Origin: a virus | IMG/VR virus record: IMGVR_UViG_3300028027_000059 | Span: 1-64,000 of that record | DNA length: 64,000 nt | Reading direction: 5' to 3' (one strand) | Shown: one piece after another, positions 57,104 through 64,000 of the stretch | How positions within the stretch are numbered: the stretch's first letter is position 1 | How the letters are laid out: each line of letters starts with the position of its first letter | The notes under the pieces: generated by a model | What the model was told of the DNA's origin: nothing | Databases searched by the model: none | The model's input: the letters and a program-made list of their open reading frames with translations, nothing else | Program-made: the position numbers and the translations under genes

Positions 57104-57538
57104 TTATAATTTATTTTCCCAATATAATTTCCTTACTTTGGCCCCCAACTCTTGATCGTTTGGAGTTCCTAAAATCGTGTTATAGTCTACGGCTATAGCA
57201 CCATGTTCTGTTCCTCTACTGTAGCAATTAGAACATAATTGACCAGCACCTTCAATATAACCATGTCTCATATCAACATGAGTACTGCGTTTATATGCTG
57301 TTTCTACTCCACATAGTACACAGTGATCAAATTCATTTGCTTTAGATTTATTTTCTGCTTCTAAAGCACAAGCTAAATGATCATAACCATTTAAATAATC
57401 GTACTCTACGTTTGAAGTGTCCTTACCACAGAATTGACAAGTCCACACTGTTGTTTGTTTATTTTCCATGTTTGTTTTTTTACCGCTTTTTTCTCTAATC
57501 CAGTTGTACATAAAGTCTGGATCTGATTTATTAGTCAT
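57104..57538 (-). CDS. Cys-rich zinc-binding protein of unknown function
   Basis: CQFCG...CVLCG...CSNC. Confidence 0.4.
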   Translation of the reverse strand: MTNKSDPDFMYNWIREKSGKKTNMENKQTTVWTCQFCGKDTSNVEYDYLNGYDHLACALEAENKSKANEFDHCVLCGVETAYKRSTHVDMRHGYIEGAGQLCSNCYSRGTEHGAIAVDYNTILGTPNDQELGAKVRKLYWENKL

Positions 57539-57789
57539 TACTTTTTAGTTGTTTTCTTTTTAGGTACTGCTTTTTTAGCTTTTGGTTTTGGTTCTTCAAT
57601 TTCCTCTAAGAATGAAAACTCAGTATCATCTTGATAACACTGATCATCGTCTAAACGAGTGATACCATCGCACATTCCATCAGGACAATCTTCAACCATT
57701 TCAATTGCTGTCTCATAATCATCAGCTTCAACTATATAAGTCCAAGCTTCTACAAGGGTACGTTCACCCATTATTTTATACTTTGGCAT
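57538..57789 (-). CDS. hypothetical acidic protein with a Lys-rich tail
   Basis: 83-aa ORF. Confidence 0.35.
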   Translation of the reverse strand: MPKYKIMGERTLVEAWTYIVEADDYETAIEMVEDCPDGMCDGITRLDDDQCYQDDTEFSFLEEIEEPKPKAKKAVPKKKTTKK

Positions 57790-57937
57790 ATTATTTTATT
57801 TGTTTAACCATCCATCTATAAAACCACTCTTAATGTCTGGGTAGTATTTAAGTAGTAAAAGGACTCCAACTACAGTCAATATAGATTTCCAATGTTTTTT
57901 ACCAAATGCTTCTAAATCTTTAATAAATTCTTTCATA

Positions 57938-58786
57938 TTATACGTTTAATGTTTTATCCCAAGCTGCAATGTGTAATCTAGTTAAACCACGGAAACGATA
58001 TTTCTTAGCCATTTCCATTACAAATCGAGTGCGCTCTTCGAAGTTAGAAGCATCATCTAAACCAGGCATACAAACAACGTTTTTAAGCGGTATATTAAAT
58101 GGTTCTACGAAGTCACGGAATAATTCCTTAACATCATCTTCGGTGCTGATAACGAATTTAAACTGGTAGTTTGCATGTTCCATAATACGCTTGATAGCAG
58201 CAGGAACAATACGTTGTTTTTCTGTCATGCCTGAATTAGCTAATTTAGGTGAACAGTTGATTTGACTTAACCAACTAAATAATTCGTCTTCAATAACGAT
58301 AGTACCATTTGTTTCAATTTCATGATATGGAACTTTTATGACTTCAGCATTTTCTACGCTTTCACTTCCTTGCCAATAGTTTAAAAAGTTAGTAATTGCT
58401 ACTTGATGACCTTTAATTGTTGGCTCACCACCAGTCCAAATAACATGAACAGTACCATCTAAAATATCATCATATACACCTTCTTCTTTCCAACGATTAA
58501 TTAAATAATCGAAATCTTTATCTTCACCTCTCCATAACCACTGAGATGTAGAGTCACAAGTCCAGGTAGCTTTACCTTCCTTAACTAAATCACCTTCAAA
58601 TATTTCACCATCTTCTAATTTAGCTTCTTTAGCTAACATATTAGTAAATGCACGAGACATACCGCAAGTTAGGTTACAAATACCTAAACGGACGAAATAT
58701 GCAGGAATGCCTGATGAAATACCTTCACCTTGTATTGTATAGAAATCACTACTGATGAGTAGTTTATGAGGATCAATTTTGCTCAT
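57938..58786 (-). CDS. queE: 7-carboxy-7-deazaguanine synthase (QueE, radical SAM)
   Basis: YTIQGEG...YFVRLGICNLTCG corresponds to the QueE TIQGEG...FVR..GC N-terminus. Confidence 0.65.
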   Translation of the reverse strand: MSKIDPHKLLISSDFYTIQGEGISSGIPAYFVRLGICNLTCGMSRAFTNMLAKEAKLEDGEIFEGDLVKEGKATWTCDSTSQWLWRGEDKDFDYLINRWKEEGVYDDILDGTVHVIWTGGEPTIKGHQVAITNFLNYWQGSESVENAEVIKVPYHEIETNGTIVIEDELFSWLSQINCSPKLANSGMTEKQRIVPAAIKRIMEHANYQFKFVISTEDDVKELFRDFVEPFNIPLKNVVCMPGLDDASNFEERTRFVMEMAKKYRFRGLTRLHIAAWDKTLNV

Positions 58787-58906
58787 TTGAATATTGTTTT
58801 TATGTAATTGAATATAGGACTAAAATTGTGCCATTCACTAATTATAGCAATAATACTAGGGTGTTTATCACCACATAGTCCTAATATGTGCATTATTTCG
58901 TGCATA

Positions 58907-59092
58907 TTATTTTACTTCTTCTGTTACGGGAACTGATTTTTTAAATTGGGCTCTCCACTCTGATTTTGGAATAAATTTCCAATACCCATTATTTACCTTT
59001 TCGTCTGCTTCAATATCTTTAACTCTGCGAATTTCATTTAGATCATAGCCTTTAGCTACTTTGATACACTTAATACACTTCATATTGTCCAT
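58907..59092 (-). CDS. hypothetical protein
   Basis: 61-aa ORF. Confidence 0.3.
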   Translation of the reverse strand: MDNMKCIKCIKVAKGYDLNEIRRVKDIEADEKVNNGYWKFIPKSEWRAQFKKSVPVTEEVK

Positions 59093-59119
59093 GTTTAGTT
59101 TTAAAATAAAAAAAAAAAC

Positions 59120-59140
59120 ATCCCCCTTTCGGGGGATGTT
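59120..59140 (-). terminator. rho-independent terminator
   Basis: catccccc-tttc-gggggatg is followed on the minus strand by T10. Confidence 0.6.
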
Positions 59141-59150
59141 GGGTCTCTAA

Positions 59151-59387
59151 TTACGCTTGAGCGTACTCAGAATTTTTTGCTCTACGACGTGTTAACATGT
59201 ACATTGCGTTTGCAATCTCATTTGTTACTTTACGTCTCAAACTTGTAATGTTTGATAAGTGGCTAACTGAATAACCTGTCTCTTCAGATAATCTTGTCAA
59301 ATCACCTTGCTTTTGGCGGTGAGTAAAGAATGACAATTTTGCTGTGCGGTTTAAATAGTTCGCACGAACTTTAGTTTGATAACTCAT
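59151..59387 (-). CDS. small HTH DNA-binding protein
   Basis: LSEETGYSVSHLSNI resembles an HTH. Confidence 0.4.
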   Translation of the reverse strand: MSYQTKVRANYLNRTAKLSFFTHRQKQGDLTRLSEETGYSVSHLSNITSLRRKVTNEIANAMYMLTRRRAKNSEYAQA

Positions 59388-59402
59388 AACTATATTTGGT
59401 TT

Positions 59403-60203
59403 TTATTTACTGTGTTGCGCTAATACTTCTTCAACATGAGCCTTAGCTACTTCCCATGTTACAGGTCCTGTTTCGTCAGCATATGCTACAGGATCAGGAC
59501 GATCTAATTTAATAAATGCTTCAATACGTTCTACTGATGAAGCTGATTTGTAATCGGAATACCACACGCCGTCAATTTCAATTGGTTTGTAGGAAGTATT
59601 TGTACGTTTGTACACTTCGTTAAAATCAATATTTAATTTAGCACATGCTGCATTTCCACTTTTTAAAATATCAAATTTATTTATTTGAAGATAAGGAGTC
59701 ATTATAGTTATTTTTTCAGTACCCCAATTACCTAATCTAAATGTTTTAAAATCAAAATCACGAAATTCTTCTCTACAATCAGGATATATAGCATGATCAC
59801 CAGCATGAATACCCATTGCTATAGCACATTCAGTATCTTTTTTAGTTGAAATAGATAATGCTACTGCTTGAATAATAGAACTAAATATTTTATTACGATT
59901 AGGTACAACTGTTTCTTTCATGTTGTCTTGTTCGTAATGTCCTTCTGGTACATCATTACCACCTTCAACTAATGATGAGTTTAGTAATTGTGATAAACCA
60001 TCTAATTTAATAACCTGATAAGTTACTGGTAGATTGTGTGATTTTAAGTAATCAACTAATTCTTGTGCTCGTTGTAATTCAACTTTATGTTTTTGACCAT
60101 AATCAAAACCTAATGCTGTTACTTCAAATTGAGCTGATAGTAAATGGATTAATAATGAACTACTGTCCATTCCTCCAGATAATGATAAAACTGCTTGTTT
60201 CAT
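59403..60203 (-). CDS. queC: 7-cyano-7-deazaguanine synthase (QueC)
   Basis: PP-loop SLSGGMDSS. Confidence 0.8.
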   Translation of the reverse strand: MKQAVLSLSGGMDSSSLLIHLLSAQFEVTALGFDYGQKHKVELQRAQELVDYLKSHNLPVTYQVIKLDGLSQLLNSSLVEGGNDVPEGHYEQDNMKETVVPNRNKIFSSIIQAVALSISTKKDTECAIAMGIHAGDHAIYPDCREEFRDFDFKTFRLGNWGTEKITIMTPYLQINKFDILKSGNAACAKLNIDFNEVYKRTNTSYKPIEIDGVWYSDYKSASSVERIEAFIKLDRPDPVAYADETGPVTWEVAKAHVEEVLAQHSK

Positions 60204-60247
60204 TTGTTTGTAATTAAAAATATATAGGCGGTATTTTTACGTTTAGC

Positions 60248-61036
60248 CTATTTAATAAACGATTTAAACATTTGTACGTTAAATATAATATCTTCTATTT
60301 TGCCACTCAAATCTTTTTCAAAATAATGTTCAAGTTTTTCTTTTGGTTTCCATGTTAAGCCGCTGTCAGTGTATCTTTTACCTTCAGCACCAACTAGAAT
60401 TGGATTAGACGTATCCACTGATTTAATAAATGGCCAATCTTTGTATGACATAAATTCTTGTGGCAATGAACACCCTAATAAATGATGGTAATGTGATTTT
60501 CTAATAGTACCAGACACAACTAAACGTCTAATAAATTCCATTCTACCATACATTTGTGCTTTTAAATCAGGCATAGCACCGTCATATTCTTTTCTATAAG
60601 CAATGCTAGAATGATTAAACGCAATGTGGGTATAACCTATATCAACTAGGGTTTGATATGTTGTAACTAGCTCACCCATGTCATTACCTTGACATACTGC
60701 CATTAGGTTTACCTCATCGGGTATATGTTGCTTGTAGTTGATCATCCAACTTTTAGCATTTACTAATGTTGTGTTTGCATCATTCCAAGCATCAGGAACG
60801 ATGAATATATTAGGACGAACTAAATTGATTTTTTCTAATAAATCTTCTGTTGTATGAGTTACTCCTTCAAATAAACCATTATCCATGATAATGAATCGTT
60901 TATCTAAACGTGATTTTTGAAAGAATAATCTATATTGATCATAATGATCGATTAAATGGGGAAGGCAATAATCATAATCATTCCATTTGTAAGCGTTATG
61001 CATTAAGCTAAGAGGCAGCTCATGACTAATTTTCAT
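60248..61036 (-). CDS. tRNA-guanine transglycosylase-like protein (candidate DpdA DNA transglycosylase)
   Basis: FIIMDNGLFEG and SVDTSNP are in positions analogous to the two catalytic Asp motifs of TGT. Co-located with folE, queC, queD and queE. Confidence 0.4.
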   Translation of the reverse strand: MKISHELPLSLMHNAYKWNDYDYCLPHLIDHYDQYRLFFQKSRLDKRFIIMDNGLFEGVTHTTEDLLEKINLVRPNIFIVPDAWNDANTTLVNAKSWMINYKQHIPDEVNLMAVCQGNDMGELVTTYQTLVDIGYTHIAFNHSSIAYRKEYDGAMPDLKAQMYGRMEFIRRLVVSGTIRKSHYHHLLGCSLPQEFMSYKDWPFIKSVDTSNPILVGAEGKRYTDSGLTWKPKEKLEHYFEKDLSGKIEDIIFNVQMFKSFIK

Positions 61037-61325
61037 AGTGTTTTAGTTTTTTCTTTAATCTATTAATTCTAATTTGACAATACCATTTACCCATATTACC
61101 AGAGGCGTTAGCATATCTATCCTCCCAATACTTAATACCCTCATTTGTTTTTTTATTTGCTTTTTCAAGTATATCTATATCATAATAACTATGATTTTCT
61201 AGCAATTCATCTTCAGTAGGAATACGAGGATTATTTGCCTCATATTCTTCACGAAGCATTCTGCGACGAGATTTTTCTTGATTTTTTTCAAATTTTTTAC
61301 TCATAAATAGCAGTATTTTTACCAT
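61026..61325 (-). CDS. hypothetical basic protein
   Basis: 99-aa ORF. Confidence 0.35.
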   Translation of the reverse strand: MVKILLFMSKKFEKNQEKSRRRMLREEYEANNPRIPTEDELLENHSYYDIDILEKANKKTNEGIKYWEDRYANASGNMGKWYCQIRINRLKKKLKHYEN

Positions 61326-61758
61326 GCTCCATAAATTCTACTCTTATAACACTAACTCTACCTTCTGTTTCTTCTTGAACAAATGCATTTAATTTATCGT
61401 AAATATATTTTGCAAATTGTTCAGCACCAACAGATTCTAATTCTCTTAATTGAATAATACCTAATTCATTCATTGTTCTAAACCCACCAATACCTGGATC
61501 ATCTGTAGCTACAATTGTAGTATGATCAAACATATAATCCATCCATGCTTTAGGATTTTTACCATCAATAGTACATTTAGCGCGTTTCATACCTCCAAAA
61601 TCCCAAACCCAATTACGTTCGTCTAATTCACCTTCGAACCATACTCTAAATGATACTCCATATCCATGAAGGAATTTACAATGAGTACCTTCTGCTCTCC
61701 ATTGACGGAATACTGTGCTGAAACCATCAAATAATTTTGTTGATTGAAACTTTGCCAT
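61297..61758 (-). CDS. queD: 6-carboxy-5,6,7,8-tetrahydropterin synthase (QueD)
   Basis: CKFLHGYG is the CxxxHGH motif, with downstream His and Glu residues. Confidence 0.7.
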   Translation of the reverse strand: MAKFQSTKLFDGFSTVFRQWRAEGTHCKFLHGYGVSFRVWFEGELDERNWVWDFGGMKRAKCTIDGKNPKAWMDYMFDHTTIVATDDPGIGGFRTMNELGIIQLRELESVGAEQFAKYIYDKLNAFVQEETEGRVSVIRVEFMEHGKNTAIYE

Positions 61759-61759
61759 A

Positions 61760-61972
61760 TTAATCTTCTTTTTTTATGTTAATGTTTGATTTAAATAAAA
61801 TGCCTGCTAACATGTTTAAACCAAGTGCTTGCCAAAAGGTAACCATTGGTAAATCAAAAATTGTTGGCATTAGCCAATTCCACAATAATTGGAGTGGTAG
61901 TGCAAGTAAAATTGCTGCTAGTACAATTAATCCTACAATTAGGAGGATTGCTTCTAAAACGTTATTCTTCAT
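61760..61972 (-). CDS. small membrane protein
   Basis: 70 aa with two TM helices. Confidence 0.35.
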   Translation of the reverse strand: MKNNVLEAILLIVGLIVLAAILLALPLQLLWNWLMPTIFDLPMVTFWQALGLNMLAGILFKSNINIKKED

Positions 61973-62149
61973 CTTGTTGTATTGTTTTTAAACTTTCTTC
62001 TTCCATTTTTTCTAGTTCACCATATGCTAAATCGTATGATGATTCTAACTTACCAACTATTTCTTTTACTTCATCTTCAGTTAATTCCACACCACTACTA
62101 ACTAGTTTTTCTATTTGTTTTAATTCTTCTAATGTTTGTTCTAACGTTT

Positions 62150-62341
62150 TCATTGCTTAAATTTAATAAATTTTTCTGCCACAACCACCTTTCCTTTAGT
62201 ATGTTTTGGATCATAAGGGCAGTGGCGACATCCGTTACCACAACATGATCCACGTTTAATGTGGAAGAGCGCAGTGAATATCACGCGCTCTCCCTCCATA
62301 TAGAAGTCTATATCTTGTTGTAAATTTTTAAACGATTTCAA
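62150..62341 (-). CDS. small Cys-rich protein
   Basis: SCCGNGCRHCPY. Confidence 0.35.
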   Translation of the reverse strand: MKSFKNLQQDIDFYMEGERVIFTALFHIKRGSCCGNGCRHCPYDPKHTKGKVVVAEKFIKFKQ

Positions 62342-62891
62342 TTTTTATTTTTGATTTTGTTCCGTCTGGTTGTGAATATACAGCATATTTTGGTGTTGTT
62401 GTAAATTCAGATGCCCCTTTATCTTTAAATAACTTTACATATTTTTTACCTAATCCTGGTTTTAAATAAGCTATAGTAGCATGGGGATGGTAATCTGGGA
62501 ATGTTTGTGTGTTAGGTAATGTTTGTAATTCATTGTTGCATTTGTGTAAGAATGCTCCCCCTCTTGTAGGATACCCTATATCATATTTTAATACATCAAA
62601 CTTTTCATTTTCAAATAAACTAGGACCTGTTGCTTTTAAATCGCTAAACTTATACTTGTTTATTATATTCTTTACTTCATCTAATGTCACACCATCGTGT
62701 AACCCATAAAGTAATGTACAGTGGGGTTCATATTCAATACCGGTACCACCTACATTATCAGTAGATATGTCTTCAGGATTAATGATGTCCTGTAACTTAA
62801 TTATTTGGGAAGGAAAATCAAAGTAGAGCATAGCACAACCATAATCATACTTTTCCTTTTCTTCTTTTATCAAATCTATTAATTTTATCAT
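62328..62891 (-). CDS. 2H phosphoesterase (LigT-like 2'-5' RNA ligase / cyclic phosphodiesterase)
   Basis: Two HxT/Sx motifs, HCTLLY and HATIAY, about 80 aa apart. Confidence 0.55.
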   Translation of the reverse strand: MIKLIDLIKEEKEKYDYGCAMLYFDFPSQIIKLQDIINPEDISTDNVGGTGIEYEPHCTLLYGLHDGVTLDEVKNIINKYKFSDLKATGPSLFENEKFDVLKYDIGYPTRGGAFLHKCNNELQTLPNTQTFPDYHPHATIAYLKPGLGKKYVKLFKDKGASEFTTTPKYAVYSQPDGTKSKIKIEIV

Positions 62892-63466
62892 TTATATGAA
62901 TTTATACAATCTGTTATGTTTTTAATAGTACCCCAACTTACATTATATTCTCTGCCCAAACTAGATCTTTTATGGCCTTCTTTATACTTTAATCTAATTT
63001 CTTCTACTATATGTGGTGGTACTAATTTACCTCGCTCCCATTTGTTTGCACGAGGTTTACTCATTTTTTGTATTTGTTCCTCAGTGTATTTATATCCTTT
63101 AGGCATTCCTACCTTCCATGTTACTTCACGTCCTATAAAGCGTCCTTTATTAGCTTCACTTATTTTAGTATTTCGAGTTGTATTTTGTTTTACTCCTATA
63201 CTTATCTTTTTCCTAACATCATCACTTACTTTGTCGGGACCAAATGCTTTAAAAGACTTATTTAATAATTTATATCCCCAACTATGAAACAACCACATAT
63301 AATGTATTTCCCAGAAGTCAATATTATCATTCACTTCATCAATAATAACCATCTCTATGTTAGGACCAAATTTTTTAATATGATCTCGTTTTCTACTAGT
63401 TGGGGATATTGTTCGTCCTATATAGAACGGAACCTTATCTTTTTCTAAATAATATATATAATACAT
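62888..63466 (-). mobile_element. GIY-YIG homing endonuclease gene
   Basis: N-terminal YYIYYLEKDKVPFYIGRT is a GIY...YIG motif. C-terminal LGREYNVSWGTIKNI is an HTH/NUMOD-like region. Confidence 0.7.
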
Positions 63467-63491
63467 AATGCCTTATTGTCGGCAATAAATA

Positions 63492-64000
63492 TTACTGTAT
63501 TTCACAAGCCCCACCAGCGCACGCAAGGTTTTCACTGAATGCGGTATCATCGCTAAATTCAACGATTTGACTTAAGTCAATGTTATGTAAATGTTTAGCC
63601 ATCTCATTGAATTGTTCTTCAGTGATATCTTCAAATGGAGCTTGTGTGTAGCTGCCTCCGAAGTAAGGTAATACTGATAGGCCATTAAATGTATCTCTGT
63701 TTTCCCACATCCACTGTCCTACTTGTTCCCATTCATTTTCTTGAATTGAAACTGTAGCAGATACATTGTTTGTGTTTGCTCCTTTTCTATGACCCTTCTT
63801 AACCCACTGCATATTAAATTTCTTAGTACGCTCAAGCATATCCATTACATTTTCTGTTCTTAAAATAGATCCTGCTGGTGCTTTTTGTGGTACTGAAATT
63901 ACAGCTTGAATTGTTGGTTTAAAGAAATCATCTTCAACTAATTCAGGGTGGTTAATAGCTAAGTAATTGTAAATAGCTTCGTTCTTACCTACACGAATAC
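63492..64000 (-). CDS. ribonucleotide reductase large subunit, C-terminal fragment (gene continues beyond the window)
   Basis: The frame is open from the window edge. The C-terminus ...NLACAGGACEIQ parallels the class Ia NrdA redox tail CESGACKI. Confidence 0.45.
   Translation of the reverse strand, partial: IRVGKNEAIYNYLAINHPELVEDDFFKPTIQAVISVPQKAPAGSILRTENVMDMLERTKKFNMQWVKKGHRKGANTNNVSATVSIQENEWEQVGQWMWENRDTFNGLSVLPYFGGSYTQAPFEDITEEQFNEMAKHLHNIDLSQIVEFSDDTAFSENLACAGGACEIQ

Noticed and set aside
1-64000. Alternative reading: a bacterial genomic island or prophage rather than a lytic-type phage genome
   Set aside because: Every gene is on one strand. Family-B polymerase, clamp and clamp loader, a tail fibre, a homing endonuclease, a huge tRNA array and a dG-modification cluster are all present. 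No integrase, att-like repeats or host housekeeping genes are seen. The Bacteroidetes-type secreted proteins are interpreted as phage accessory genes instead.

Overview
The window is AT-rich and almost every gene is on the minus strand. It reads as part of a large (jumbo-type) virulent phage of a Bacteroidetes-like host: secreted proteins carry classic Bacteroidetes signal peptides ('...AQ') and lipoboxes. I could not identify any plus-strand gene.

Supported content, left to right:
- A promoter-rich block of small genes (1-8 kb): a 3D-domain cell-wall hydrolase, a SWIM zinc-finger protein, a DUF932-like protein, an AdoMetDC-like pyruvoyl proenzyme, and a secreted DRGH non-specific nuclease next to a small membrane protein.
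- An RNA-repair cassette (8.9-15.2 kb): Rnl1-type RNA ligase, a PNK-like P-loop kinase, a DHDLG-motif domain protein, and two metallophosphoesterases. An SPFH/prohibitin protein sits inside this block.
- An unexpected cell-envelope block (16.2-23.4 kb): lipoproteins, an outer-membrane-barrel-like protein with a long Ser/Ala/Lys-Glu disordered linker, a CsgG-like lipoprotein, a membrane protein with thrombospondin-type Ca-binding repeats, and a 712-aa secreted protein.
- A tmRNA (tag ANEYALAA) and an array of at least 23 tRNAs plus several atypical tRNA-like elements (23.4-28.0 kb), with a DUF458 RNase-H-like gene embedded in the array.
- A ClpP-like protease.
- A large glycosylation island (31.7-42.9 kb): GDP-mannose 3,5-epimerase, a GMD/RMD-family enzyme, two methyltransferases, and about eight glycosyltransferases, one with the GT10 fucosyltransferase motif.
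- A Cas4-like nuclease, an RFC/gp44-like clamp loader, GroEL, GroES, Hsp20, a putative sliding clamp, and a family-B DNA polymerase.
- A tail-fibre gene with internal tandem peptide repeats, and a dCTP deaminase.
- A 7-deazaguanine DNA-modification cluster: FolE, QueE, QueC, a DpdA/TGT-like protein, and QueD.
- A LigT-like 2H phosphoesterase, a GIY-YIG homing endonuclease, and the C-terminus of a ribonucleotide reductase running off the window.

A conserved promoter-like motif (minus-strand sense ~GTCGTAyATTCACGTTAT) recurs upstream of many genes. No CRISPR array or integrase was seen. All coordinates are hand-derived. tRNA boundaries may be off by 1-3 nt.
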